From Synechococcus sp. (lineage in GTDB: Bacteria > Cyanobacteriota > Cyanobacteriia > PCC-6307 > Cyanobiaceae): a DNA stretch of 64,000 nucleotides. The notes under the pieces are model-generated. The model was given only the letters and a program-made list of their open reading frames with translations. It did not search any database and was not told where the DNA came from. Positions 1 to 9,431 of this stretch are shown here, piece after piece. The stretch is from positions 1,528,203-1,592,202 of the forward strand of contig JBJBEO010000001.1 in NCBI GenBank assembly GCA_047284725.1, in the 5' to 3' direction. Position numbers and translations under genes: made by a program. Every line of letters begins with the position of its first letter. The stretch's first letter is position 1.

Positions 1-2
1 CC

Positions 3-143
3 CAGCTCAGGCAACTCGCGCAACAACTTCTACAGGCATGGCAAGCTCAGAAAGCTGCAACGAACTGGATCATCCGCGAGCAGGGCCTGAGCCCGGGTGA
101 CGCCAGCAAGAGGCTTCCGAACATCCATCAACCCAGCCCTTGA
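3..143 (+). CDS. 3' end of conserved picocyanobacterial hypothetical protein (partial, runs in from left edge)
   Basis: Open frame QLRQLAQQLLQAWQAQKAATNWIIREQG... ending TGA 141-143; read manually. Confidence 0.5.
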   Translation, partial: QLRQLAQQLLQAWQAQKAATNWIIREQGLSPGDASKRLPNIHQPSP

Positions 144-337
144 GACCCCTCCGCAACTGACCGAGGAGCGCGGTGTCGCACTTCCATTTCGCGCACCATC
201 TCCCCTGCAGCCCAGATACCTTGAACGTCTGTGCAATGAGAGGCACCATCGCAGACGCGATAGCGCCCATGCCCCAGGGCTTCGATGGATGATCCCATCG
301 GCGTCGAAATCACCGATCGAGTCTGCACGAGTCTCAT
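128..337 (-). CDS. Small conserved hypothetical protein
   Basis: ORF with STPMGSSIEALGHGRYRVCD..HC motif resembling small Synechococcus proteins. Confidence 0.5.
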   Translation of the reverse strand: MRLVQTRSVISTPMGSSIEALGHGRYRVCDGASHCTDVQGIWAAGEMVREMEVRHRAPRSVAEGSQGLG

Positions 338-361
338 GCGTCTTGTGGCTTGTCTAACAGA

Positions 362-769
362 TCAGAGCCCTTCGAAGCGAATGTTCAGATTGACCCGTTC
401 TGGACCGAGAGCCGTTGCCTGGGTGACCAACACTGGGGTTTTGCCGGGCGCTGCCCCATCGACCTGCACACCATCAGGCAGCGCCCATGTGGCGGAGAAT
501 CCCCAGGATCCCTGTGTTGTGCGGATCGGCTGTTCCTGATAACCGGCCTTCGTCAGCGATTGCTTCAGGGCACCAAACACCGACATGGGCGTCCCTTTGA
601 TCTGACCATTCAGACCAGCCTGACCGAGGGCATTGGCGGTAAACAGTGGAGCAAGGCCAGCGGTCGATTCCGTGGGGAGACTGCTAAGCAGACGACCGGC
701 AGGGTCCGCCAAGGCCGATGAGCTGAAGACCGTCGCCCCCAAAGCCAGAGCAATCACACAACCACGCAT
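362..769 (-). CDS. Hypothetical exported protein
   Basis: Signal-peptide-like N-terminus MRGCVIALALGATVFSSSALA. Confidence 0.65.
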   Translation of the reverse strand: MRGCVIALALGATVFSSSALADPAGRLLSSLPTESTAGLAPLFTANALGQAGLNGQIKGTPMSVFGALKQSLTKAGYQEQPIRTTQGSWGFSATWALPDGVQVDGAAPGKTPVLVTQATALGPERVNLNIRFEGL

Positions 770-875
770 CAGTTCAGCCACAGATGTTCCGTTCCTAGTG
801 GATGACACATACAAACGCAAGAAAGAAAACCCACCAGGGCTGTCTGGCTAGTGTTTTCTTAGAAATCATGGATTC

Positions 876-1178
876 ATGTTTCTTCTCAAATTCAGCTCGG
901 AAGATTGCGGCACTTGTCACCGCATGAGCCATTACGACGCTGCCGTCGCCGAAGAACTGGGCTGTGAGTTCGTGTCGGTGATGCTGCAAGACACGGAGGT
1001 GTACCGCAGATACCGCAAGGTTTTACTCGCCCAGTATCCCAATAAGGAAGGCATGGGTTGGCCTACCTACCTCTTAGTGGATGAGCCGGAGGGGGCGTTC
1101 ACCATCCACGGGGAGCTCAAGGGGGGCATGCCCAAGGGTGATTTCAGAGCCAAGCTTCAGGCACTGCTCCCAGCCTGA
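876..1178 (+). CDS. Thioredoxin-fold protein
   Basis: CGTC (CxxC) motif near N-terminus and WPT cis-Pro motif. Confidence 0.8.
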   Translation: MFLLKFSSEDCGTCHRMSHYDAAVAEELGCEFVSVMLQDTEVYRRYRKVLLAQYPNKEGMGWPTYLLVDEPEGAFTIHGELKGGMPKGDFRAKLQALLPA

Positions 1179-1200
1179 ACAGACCGCATCAACTGCTGAG

Positions 1201-1722
1201 TCAGTCTGAGCGACGATCCTCCACATCAAGAACGTCCCGCTCGAGAGGCAGGAGTTCATCATCGTCTGACGCACGGCTGCGTACCGGGGCGCCGAATCCT
1301 CGAGCGCGGGCATTGGATACTTCAAATGGGCCGGGGGTTCCAGACGGCACCGCCAGCCTCAAGGCAAAAGGATGGGTTCCAGGCTCGACATCACCAATGG
1401 AGCCAACCCTGGTGCGGTTTTGCAGGACAGGCTCCCCACTGGCATCAAGAATGCGTGCATAGACATCCGTGTCAAAAATGGACCGACGCCCGGAGTTTGT
1501 CACTTGCCCAGTCAAGACATAGCAACTGGCACCTGCCGTCCGGGTGACACCGGAACGGCGAGGGTCTGCATTCGGTCCGGGTTGTGCACCTGGATCGGCC
1601 TGATCACAAGGAGCCAGCTGCACAGAAACGAGGCGCAGATCGGCAGCCCCAGCCGTCTCCACAGGTAGAGCGATCAAGCAGACCAGCAGAGACAGAGCGC
1701 AACCGAAGAGCAGACGCAGCAT
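1201..1722 (-). CDS. Hypothetical exported protein
   Basis: 173 aa ORF with hydrophobic signal peptide. Confidence 0.7.
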   Translation of the reverse strand: MLRLLFGCALSLLVCLIALPVETAGAADLRLVSVQLAPCDQADPGAQPGPNADPRRSGVTRTAGASCYVLTGQVTNSGRRSIFDTDVYARILDASGEPVLQNRTRVGSIGDVEPGTHPFALRLAVPSGTPGPFEVSNARARGFGAPVRSRASDDDELLPLERDVLDVEDRRSD

Positions 1723-1763
1723 GGGACAACTCCTTGGACGCCAGGTGCACCATTCTGATCAGC

Positions 1764-1976
1764 TCACGAGCTGCGCAGCCGAGGTTCAACCGGCAAACAA
1801 CGTTCGCGGCGCTCCTCCTCAAAGGCCAGCTGGAGATCCACGCGAGTGATGCGATAGCCAAGTCTTCGGGCGGCCAGAACGAATTCATGGCGGGAGCGGC
1901 AGCACTTCATCGCTCTGCGAATCACGCCGTCACTCTCCACATCAATCACCAAACGCTCGAGCTCACGCCAGCTCAT
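1764..1976 (-). CDS. Nif11-like leader peptide family protein
   Basis: MSWRELERLV..E.D..IRRAMK.CRS..EFVLAARRLGYRIT..DL Nif11-type pattern. Confidence 0.7.
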   Translation of the reverse strand: MSWRELERLVIDVESDGVIRRAMKCCRSRHEFVLAARRLGYRITRVDLQLAFEEERRERCLPVEPRLRSS

Positions 1977-2063
1977 CGACATCCAGGGTCTGGGCACTTC
2001 ACATTGCCGTGGGGAAGGAAGCTGCGCCAGCCCGTTCCCTTCTGGTCCTTCACAACTGCACGT

Positions 2064-2414
2064 TCAGAAGACAAGCATCAACAGCCAGACCACCAGGGCA
2101 GCGGATACCCCCACCAGGCCCAGCACCAGCACGATGGCGCCCACTCCGGTGGCCAGAAGCATCCTGGAAGTAATGCGGGGAAACAGCAGATAGAGCGTCA
2201 GCCCGAATGCCAGCGGCCAGAGGGGAGGAATCAGCAGGCAAAGCACCGTCAGCACAACAAGGCGAGTGCGGCGCGAGGCCTCCTGTTGTTTCAGAGCGAG
2301 GGCTTCCTGCTCAGCACGCTCTGCGACTTGCAACTCGTCCTCGCTCAACCACCGACCAAGCTGCTGAGCCCGTGCCAGGTCCCGTTCAATTGCGTTGCGA
2401 GTGGTGTCGCCCAT
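2064..2414 (-). CDS. Hypothetical membrane protein
   Basis: Charged N-terminus followed by hydrophobic helices. Confidence 0.7.
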   Translation of the reverse strand: MGDTTRNAIERDLARAQQLGRWLSEDELQVAERAEQEALALKQQEASRRTRLVVLTVLCLLIPPLWPLAFGLTLYLLFPRITSRMLLATGVGAIVLVLGLVGVSAALVVWLLMLVF

Positions 2415-2551
2415 GACTCAATTTATGCACATTGAACCAGCCGAAGTCAGCAACTGTCCCCAAATGGGTGCTGACAGAAACTGAGTTCAACCAGCAATGT
2501 CATTGCAAACGAAGAGCGCCAGCACAACGCGTCCGCGCAGGGGTTTTGCCA

Positions 2552-2815
2552 ATGACACAACAATCAACCTTCACAACCCAAATGAGTCTCCAAGAGCTTA
2601 AGGAGAATCACAGCATCTACCTAAAAGCCTTGGCATTGCTCGTCAAAGACGGCGCAAGTCTCACTGAAACCCAGGATTCAGTGTGCTGGGAACGCCTTCA
2701 ACGCTTGAATCAAGCCATGCCAAGGCGGTTTCTCCATCCCGAAACCATCTACCAACACTTGGCTCCAACGTCACCAAACAAACGTCGACGCCGGAAATCG
2801 GCGAACCGCAACTGA
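2552..2815 (+). CDS. DUF3136-family protein
   Basis: SLQELKENHSIYLKALALLVKDG....VCWERLQRL...P pattern; paralogous to 2923-3162. Confidence 0.65.
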   Translation: MTQQSTFTTQMSLQELKENHSIYLKALALLVKDGASLTETQDSVCWERLQRLNQAMPRRFLHPETIYQHLAPTSPNKRRRRKSANRN

Positions 2816-2922
2816 GCGAAACGCCACAAAACGAATAAATACAGGCAGAGGCAAGGTCCCAAGCTGCATATCAGCGAGGGACTTTACAATTGGGTCAAAA
2901 CCAGTCGAAACAGCCGGGGAAC

Positions 2923-3162
2923 TTAAGCCGACAACTTTGACTGCTGATCATTAATTTGCCTCCCATAGAGCACCACTAGATGATCGGGAGACTTATAATT
3001 GCGAGGCAAAGAATGGTGCAAAGTACTGAGTCTTTGCCAACAAAGGGTACGTTGCATTTGATCAATACTACGACCTTCTATCAATAACATACGCAAAGCT
3101 TTGCAATAGAGAGGATATTTTGCCTCCAGCTCATTAATTGTTATCGCTGGCTTAACCGACAT
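2923..3162 (-). CDS. DUF3136-family protein
   Basis: TINELEAKYPLYCKALRMLLIEG....TLCWQRLSTLHHSLPRNYKSP motif. Confidence 0.75.
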   Translation of the reverse strand: MSVKPAITINELEAKYPLYCKALRMLLIEGRSIDQMQRTLCWQRLSTLHHSLPRNYKSPDHLVVLYGRQINDQQSKLSA

Positions 3163-3468
3163 GGACCCATACTCCGGAGAACGCAAGCAACTTTGGCCTG
3201 AATCAGCAGAATTTTTCTGCCCCCATTTGGGAACAATGCCGCTACAGCTTGGATTGCAGCGATCTTTCAAAGAAAGCGATCGCCTGAATCTTGGGCATAC
3301 CGGACTGGGTCTTTTGTCCGGCTCATCGCCCGCTCAAACCAGCCAGCCAGCCACCGGGGATTACTTTCATAACAACTACGCGCGTTAACCCCCAGCTGGA
3401 TCGGCGAGGTAGCAATGTGGATGAGAGCCAATGTTCAACCATGGGCTCGATCACCGGCCAAGTAGCGC

Positions 3469-4155
3469 ATGGATCTCACTCCCTACATCCAGGCTCAAGG
3501 CAGAGTTGATGATGAAGACCGTCTGCTATCGGTATCGATCACGGGCAAAGTCGCTCTGGCCATGAAGGGGCGATTTTTTCTGCGATGTTTCTGCGAAAAC
3601 CTCAGTGATCAAGCCAAGATTGGCTGCGCCGTCACCGACGAAGTCAGTTGCCTGGAATACCTCGATGAAGAACAGTTTGAACTTCTGATCTGCACCGATC
3701 AGCTTGAGGGTGGAAACGGGTTTGATCTCACCCAAAAAGCACGAGAACGGCATCCAGAACTGAAGGTGGTCGTGCTTGCTCTTGGCGACTCGATCCCTGT
3801 GGAACATGCCAATGCCCCGTGGCTAGATGCCGTTGTTGCAGAAGCCGACATCATTGAAGATCGCAAGCCGCTTGAGGCTGCCGTTCTGGCGGTGATGGGC
3901 AATCACCACTACCGAAGCGAGTCCCTGCGCTCCGGCCACCTGCCCTATCTGAGCTGCCCGCGACTCACACCCCGTGAATACGAAGTACTCGACCGTCTGG
4001 CTCAGGGGTTGACCGATCGAGAAATTGCTGAGCAACTGATCGTGTCCGAAGAAACATCCCGCACCTACACCAAGCGGCTGCTTAAAACACTGGGTGTGAA
4101 CAATCGAGTGCAAGCTGTGCTCAAAGGCATGCGCTGCGGAATGGTGCAGATCTGA
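3469..4155 (+). CDS. LuxR/NarL-family response regulator (atypical receiver + HTH)
   Basis: C-terminal LTPREYEVLDRLAQGLTDREIAEQLIVSEET..LGVNNRVQAV LuxR HTH. Confidence 0.85.
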   Translation: MDLTPYIQAQGRVDDEDRLLSVSITGKVALAMKGRFFLRCFCENLSDQAKIGCAVTDEVSCLEYLDEEQFELLICTDQLEGGNGFDLTQKARERHPELKVVVLALGDSIPVEHANAPWLDAVVAEADIIEDRKPLEAAVLAVMGNHHYRSESLRSGHLPYLSCPRLTPREYEVLDRLAQGLTDREIAEQLIVSEETSRTYTKRLLKTLGVNNRVQAVLKGMRCGMVQI

Positions 4156-4189
4156 GCTGAGCAGATCTGCGGACTAGTGATGGATCGCC

Positions 4190-5074
4190 TCACCCCAGTT
4201 CCAGGCAGGCGAGCGCAAAGACATCCTCCAAGGAATGCTCCGGAATCTTGCCCCTGTACATGCGCAGGGTGCGACCAACAGGCTCAAACCCGAGCTGAGT
4301 CATCAACTGAAGTGCCGATGGATTCCCGCCTGGGGTGTCAAGCAGTACCACCCCTTGATGACGGATGAGCAATTGCGTCATCAAGACCGCTGCCAACTGC
4401 GGTGAATCAGCCAACAGCGGACCGATGCGCCACCCCTCGCCAGCACGCAGCAGGCAAGGGCGAATCCTGCCAAACCCATGACAGCGCTGATCCGCGTCCA
4501 TCAGAGCGAGCACCGTGCCAGCGGGATGGCGCAACCAGTCGGAGAGAAAATGGGGGCGTGGGCTCAACTCACGCTGTGCGTCATAGATCTGAACAGCCAC
4601 CTCGGGCAGGGCATCACCATCCACCAACTGCAGTCCCTGGGGCACCGGACGCAACGGTTCATGCTCCGCGTCACTGCTTTGGGTGCGCTGCCATCGGGTC
4701 GTGGGGGACGCCGCCTGAAATCCCCAACTGGCGTAATCATCAATGCGGTCTTCAGCTGCCTCAAGACCAACGCAGGTCACATCGTCGAGATAAGCCAGGG
4801 CATGGCGCCAAAGTTCCTGGCCGTAGCCACGGCCCCGCTGATCGGATCGAACGATGTAAAGCCCGACAAAGCCGTAGGCCAGGTTGTAGCGAACGCCCGC
4901 GATGCAGCCGATGGGCTCACCACGCAGGCAGCCCACCCAGAGTCCCTGACGATCCGTTTGGCGATAGATCCCCACATCGCCTTTGCCAGGAGCAAAGCCT
5001 GCCTGCCGCGCCCACTCGGTGATCAGGGAAATATCGCCACGATCCAAGGGCCGGATCTTGAGAAAGGAGACCAT
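4190..5074 (-). CDS. GNAT-family N-acetyltransferase
   Basis: Acetyl-CoA motif QRGRGYG; C-terminal RIGPLLAD and ELG. Confidence 0.85.
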   Translation of the reverse strand: MVSFLKIRPLDRGDISLITEWARQAGFAPGKGDVGIYRQTDRQGLWVGCLRGEPIGCIAGVRYNLAYGFVGLYIVRSDQRGRGYGQELWRHALAYLDDVTCVGLEAAEDRIDDYASWGFQAASPTTRWQRTQSSDAEHEPLRPVPQGLQLVDGDALPEVAVQIYDAQRELSPRPHFLSDWLRHPAGTVLALMDADQRCHGFGRIRPCLLRAGEGWRIGPLLADSPQLAAVLMTQLLIRHQGVVLLDTPGGNPSALQLMTQLGFEPVGRTLRMYRGKIPEHSLEDVFALACLELG

Positions 5075-5228
5075 GTCAGCGTGAGGTGCCATCACGCCCA
5101 TGGCGCAATCGCTTCACCTCAGCGTGGAGACCAGCTCAGCCAAACGCAAGTGAATCGGGACGCCTCGTTTCAGCACTGATTAGTTCTGAGGCATTCGCTG
5201 CAGTGGACGGTCTGAACCAATGCCACTT

Positions 5229-5405
5229 TCAGGGACTGTCTTTGAAGATTCTTTCCAGTCGCCGTCGGAACTCTTTGCCGCTGAGGGGGTCGGCAAGCCG
5301 CTGACGGCGGTTACGACGCAACAACGAAGCAATCCACCAGACTTGGAGGGCAACGAAGAGAGCGCCTGTCACCAACAGACTGAGGGTGGCCGCGTTGAAG
5401 TCCAT
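5229..5405 (-). CDS. Small single-TM hypothetical protein
   Basis: MDFNAATLSLLVTGALFVALQVWWI.. followed by a basic tail. Confidence 0.6.
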   Translation of the reverse strand: MDFNAATLSLLVTGALFVALQVWWIASLLRRNRRQRLADPLSGKEFRRRLERIFKDSP

Positions 5406-5498
5406 CAATCCCGAACGCGTATGCCCACACATGACCAGACGATCATGCAGGATGACCTGATTCGAAAGCGTCCTATGAAAGAAGTCAGCGTCGTTGAA

Positions 5499-5633
5499 AT
5501 GCTGTTGCGCAGCATCGCCAAGGTGGCGGCGGGCTCAGGGATTGCGGCACTGCTGCTGTGGCTGACCTACGTGATGCTCGATGTGCAGCATATGAACTCG
5601 GGATTCACCTTGCCCCAAACGACCTACAATTGA
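5499..5633 (+). CDS. Small single-TM conserved protein (start could be 5475)
   Basis: MLLRSIAKVAAGSGIAALLLWLTYVMLDVQHMNSGFTLP. Confidence 0.55.
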   Translation: MLLRSIAKVAAGSGIAALLLWLTYVMLDVQHMNSGFTLPQTTYN

Positions 5634-5741
5634 TGAAAATAACAATGGGTAAATCAATGTGATCGGCAAACCTCGATCCCATGGAATCCTGAGCAATTCT
5701 CCAGCACCACCCTTTGTCTGAGCCATCGGAGTGATGAGACA

Positions 5742-5903
5742 ATGCGTCTCTTTGACTGGTTGATGATCCTGGTGCTTGCAGGGGGAATCCTTATCTTTTT
5801 TTCGAGTCGTGATCCTTCAATCCTTTGGGGGATGGTTGGATTGCTAATCGCACTGATGTTGACGTTCATCGTGATGGTCAAGCTTGAAGAAAAGCAGCGC
5901 TAG
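5742..5903 (+). CDS. Small two-TM membrane protein (53 aa, not in ORF track)
   Basis: Manual translation MRLFDWLMILVLAGGILIFFSSRDPSILWGMVGLLIALMLTFIVMVKLEEKQR*; GGAG upstream. Confidence 0.55.
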   Translation: MRLFDWLMILVLAGGILIFFSSRDPSILWGMVGLLIALMLTFIVMVKLEEKQR

Positions 5904-6333
5904 GCCTTCAAACTGGTCAATAAGTCCGAATTGGCAGCCTCTGCATCAGCCAGTCGTCACATCGATCAGCATGGCGTGCAATCCACCATGCGATGCAAGA
6001 GCAGGATTGACGCTCTTCACTGATTGCGCAAAGCCAAACCGAGATCAATGGCAGCATGGGCAGAAACCTGTTCAAGAAATCCAGGAAGCCAATAGGGCGG
6101 ACGGAACCCCCATCTCAATCAACCTCCCATCAACAAAAAACAAAGGAGTTGCGACTCAGACCATCCTATGCTTTTGATCGTTTCAGGCGCCGGGAATCTG
6201 ATTGTTCAGGTCATCTCAAGAAACACAGAGTCTCAACCGAGATCCGTGCATTGAGACATTGACAGAGTGAACAAGGAGTCCTTGCCGGCTCAGGCAATCG
6301 GCTGCTAAAGGTTGATGAGTCAGACAAAGATCC

Positions 6334-6564
6334 ATGTCGGAGCAAGGATTGATTGCCCTCGCAAAAGCGATCAAAGCCGATCCAGAATTCAAGGCACTCT
6401 GCGCAAGCGACAAATGCGCTGATGTCGACGACCAGTGCGACGTCGCCAAGCAGCGTGGGTTCGATGTGCACCCAAGCGACTTCGACACATTCAAAGGAGG
6501 ACTTCTTGTCGAAACGTCTGATGAGGACTTTTTCCTGAAGCCCAACTGGTGGGAACTTGCGTAG
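6334..6564 (+). CDS. Nif11-like leader peptide family protein
   Basis: MSEQGLIALAKAIKADPEFKAL....DVAKQRGFDV..SDF Nif11 pattern. Confidence 0.7.
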   Translation: MSEQGLIALAKAIKADPEFKALCASDKCADVDDQCDVAKQRGFDVHPSDFDTFKGGLLVETSDEDFFLKPNWWELA

Positions 6565-6742
6565 CACCAATCGCCATGAACGACGTGGCTGAACAGATCG
6601 AGCTTGACGCGTGACCAGCCCCTTCATTCAAAGCGGGCATTCTGAGCCAGAGAGCTGTCGCTGGGGCTCAGGCCATCTCCTTCGCATCCAAGACGACCCA
6701 ACAACCGGATACGCGAGTGCATGCAATCCCTGCACCAGCCTT

Positions 6743-7309
6743 CTAATTAAAAACCTTATCGCTGATACACCAACCCGAATTGGCGCCGCGCATATCGGGG
6801 CATTTTGAGCGCTTTTGTCGATACCAATCAATATCCACTGCAATAATTTCATTGGTCGTGAAATAGTTGCACTTCCCTTGAACGCAACCCCTTTCATAAA
6901 CCTCCAGATAAGGTCCATTCTTTTTTAAGAGAGTCTCAAGCGAATGGTCCCTGCCAGCAGCCACTTGAACAGAGTCGAGCCTATCTGCCTGGATTAACCT
7001 GCTTTTAAAACACCTTATCGGCTGCCCCTTTTGGCCGTAGTGATGAGGAACAAGCATTGACACACTATCAGAATTTCCTACATGAATACGCACGTCAGAG
7101 CCAGCAACGAAGGCCACACCCTTTTGGCTCGACAAGGATAAAGGCACAAATTTTGCCTTTTGCCACAACTCACAATTGTCAGTCAGCTCATCTTTTGTCT
7201 TGATCCTATTTCGACTACGATTTTCCCACAAATCAACAAGAACTGCAGCAACAGCAAGAAGCAAAAGAAAACCAAGGAAGCCTCGATGTCTTCGTACTAA
7301 TTTTTTCAT
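6743..7309 (-). CDS. Orphan N-terminally membrane-anchored protein, low GC
   Basis: MKKLVRRHRGFLGFLLLLAVAAVLV then soluble domain with several Cys; AT-richer than flanks. Confidence 0.65.
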   Translation of the reverse strand: MKKLVRRHRGFLGFLLLLAVAAVLVDLWENRSRNRIKTKDELTDNCELWQKAKFVPLSLSSQKGVAFVAGSDVRIHVGNSDSVSMLVPHHYGQKGQPIRCFKSRLIQADRLDSVQVAAGRDHSLETLLKKNGPYLEVYERGCVQGKCNYFTTNEIIAVDIDWYRQKRSKCPDMRGANSGWCISDKVFN

Positions 7310-7402
7310 TTCTGGAGGAATCAAAGCACAATGATTCAAAAGAACGATCGCAACGCAGCCAAAGGGAATCGCTTGCTTATCTTATTTGAGTTCCTCAAAG
7401 CC

Positions 7403-7464
7403 AGCTCAGGTCGCCGTTCCATGGCCTCCGTCGAATTGTGCCTTTGCGGTGGTGAACTGAACGC
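7403..7464 (-). ncRNA. Degenerate Downstream-peptide (glutamine-II) riboswitch-like element
   Basis: Minus strand GCGTTCAGTTCACC..GGCACAATTCGACGGAGGCCATGGAACGGCGACCTGAGCT resembles the family pattern CGTTCA..GGCGCAGTTCGACTCAGGCCATGGAACGGGGACCTGAG (recalled, not searched). Confidence 0.6.
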
Positions 7465-7533
7465 ATGCAGCCCTTGGCGACACAAGCGTGTCAGACACTT
7501 GCCCCGGGTCCACACCGTGACGCAGCTGGTGAC

Positions 7534-7716
7534 TCAGTCCTTTTTCTTGAGCACGCATCCGGCCACGCCACACACCACCTCGTAGGCGTCTTCCGTGGTT
7601 TCAGCAATCACCCTCTTGGTGTAACCGCGTTTTGATTCCCCTGCTGAGCGAACAGGCAAGAATCCCGATAACTGCTCTTTGATCCGTCGAGCAGCCTCCT
7701 TCAAGCCTTGAGCCAT
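7534..7716 (-). CDS. Small hypothetical protein
   Basis: 60 aa ORF with GGAGG upstream and C-terminal CGVAGC. Confidence 0.5.
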   Translation of the reverse strand: MAQGLKEAARRIKEQLSGFLPVRSAGESKRGYTKRVIAETTEDAYEVVCGVAGCVLKKKD

Positions 7717-7872
7717 TCACCCTCCCGGCACATGCACATCTCCACCTCAATCTCCTTCGGCGAGGCCTGGCAAGGCGAGTGAGCCCAGACCAACCGACAC
7801 AAAACAAGAAGGAATCTTCGCGAGCCTTAATGGTTATGACGAGACAGTCGTCTCACTTGCCATTGCCTGTTC

Positions 7873-8493
7873 CTAAGCCAGGCACTGACGCGCAAAGCCA
7901 TCCATCCTCTGGATGGCCAGTTGCAGATTCTGTTCAAGGCTGCGCCCTGTGCTCTTACGAGGCTTGAAGCTGTGATCACCATCGGGAATCCACTCCACCG
8001 TGACCGTCGCTGGCAGCCCGTAGGTTTCAACCTCCCCAGGCTTGCCGAAGCTGTCCCGCTCTCCCTGCAGCACCAGCAATGGGCGCTCGAGGTTCATCAG
8101 ATGGTCGGTCCGTAAGGCATCGGGCTTACCCGGCGGGTGAAACGGATAGCCAAGACAGACACCACCCAGCACGCTTGGGGGAAGAACTTGCGTTGCCAAC
8201 AGATGGCTGGCAATCCTGCCACCCATGGATTTACCGCTGAGGATCAGGTTGGGGCGATCGTTGAGGACGTCGATCTGGTCGTGAAAACTGCCCTCCAACA
8301 CCGGGGCACGATCAGGGGCTGCTTTTCTGCCAGTCGCTCGAGAGCGCTGCATGTAAGGGAAGTCAAAGCGCACAACACCCCATCCGAGCCCAGCCAATCC
8401 TTCAGAGATCAGTTGCAAAAAAGGACTGTCCATCGGAGCACCAGCTCCATGGGCAAGAAGAAAACTGACCGGCGCATCGGCCGGTCCGTCCAT
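7873..8493 (-). CDS. Alpha/beta-fold hydrolase
   Basis: AHGAGAPMDS, GKSMGG nucleophile elbow, GERDSFG, GDHSF. Confidence 0.85.
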   Translation of the reverse strand: MDGPADAPVSFLLAHGAGAPMDSPFLQLISEGLAGLGWGVVRFDFPYMQRSRATGRKAAPDRAPVLEGSFHDQIDVLNDRPNLILSGKSMGGRIASHLLATQVLPPSVLGGVCLGYPFHPPGKPDALRTDHLMNLERPLLVLQGERDSFGKPGEVETYGLPATVTVEWIPDGDHSFKPRKSTGRSLEQNLQLAIQRMDGFARQCLA

Positions 8494-8578
8494 TAACTGA
8501 GTTGAAACCAACGAAGCCAAGCGACCACGGAGGTCATTGTGAAGCCCCAACCTGCCATGGCCTCTTCAATCAACCCAT

Positions 8579-8830
8579 TCAAGCAACAGCGTGATTGTCA
8601 GCCTGCTGGGGTTGATTCATCAGAAAATCAGCCACATCACCTCGAACACTTAAAAGCTGACCATTCACCGCCATCTGCCAGATCTCAACGCGTCCCTCCA
8701 GGGGAGCGGTGAACCAGCAGAACTCGGAAGGCATCACAACCTTTTCGAGATAAAAACTGTGCGGACCGACACATTTGAGGACCACCATTTTGGGCGTCTC
8801 GTTTTTGTAGACACATTCATGCATCGCCAA
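8579..8830 (-). CDS. DUF1830-family protein
   Basis: ECVYKNETPKMVVLKC.G...FYLEKVV.P pattern. Confidence 0.7.
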   Translation of the reverse strand: MAMHECVYKNETPKMVVLKCVGPHSFYLEKVVMPSEFCWFTAPLEGRVEIWQMAVNGQLLSVRGDVADFLMNQPQQADNHAVA

Positions 8831-8926
8831 GTGGACATCGTTACATCGACCATCACCCCAGGAGCCATCAAGGTTTGTCTGATCAGCGACACCCAGAAAA
8901 AAAATTTCGTTTTTCTTCGGAAATCC

Positions 8927-9355
8927 TCAGGAGACAAAGCGCCTGTACAGCCAGCGCACCGCAGGTCCCAAGAGGGGCACAGGGCCAAAGGTCGGCCCGA
9001 CGAAATCGAAATAGTCGCGATGATCACACACCTTTCCCTCCTTATTCAAGCGCAGGCGACTGACCCCCGGATAGACAAACTCGATGCCCTTGATCATCAG
9101 ACCCATTTCCCATTCCACAAAGGCCATCTCATGGTCGACAACCACCAGGGAAGGCAGGAGATAGACATCATCACAGCGGCGGATCAATCCCTCCTGGGCA
9201 GCGATGTAAGCCGCGATCCCCTGGTGCTGCTGGGTTGGATCTTCAAAATGCACTTCCTCGGCATAGAGGGCGCGCCATTGCTCTTCCGTTGGTGCGGACG
9301 CCCCATAGGGCTTAGTGAAGAGCGCCCGCAGGCTCTCGACGGTCAGAGAAGTCAT
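8927..9355 (-). CDS. SnoaL-like / NTF2-family protein
   Basis: LYAEEVHFEDP, EW.M, HRDYFD motifs. Confidence 0.8.
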   Translation of the reverse strand: MTSLTVESLRALFTKPYGASAPTEEQWRALYAEEVHFEDPTQQHQGIAAYIAAQEGLIRRCDDVYLLPSLVVVDHEMAFVEWEMGLMIKGIEFVYPGVSRLRLNKEGKVCDHRDYFDFVGPTFGPVPLLGPAVRWLYRRFVS

Positions 9356-9431
9356 GACGTGCCGCGGATACAACGGATTCGCGTTGATCTTGACCGAGAT
9401 GCATAGGCTCTTGCGACCGACTCGTCTCACC

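Noticed and set aside
1584..2435. 283 aa plus-strand ORF
   Set aside because: Overlaps three more plausible minus-strand genes and has no recognisable motif.
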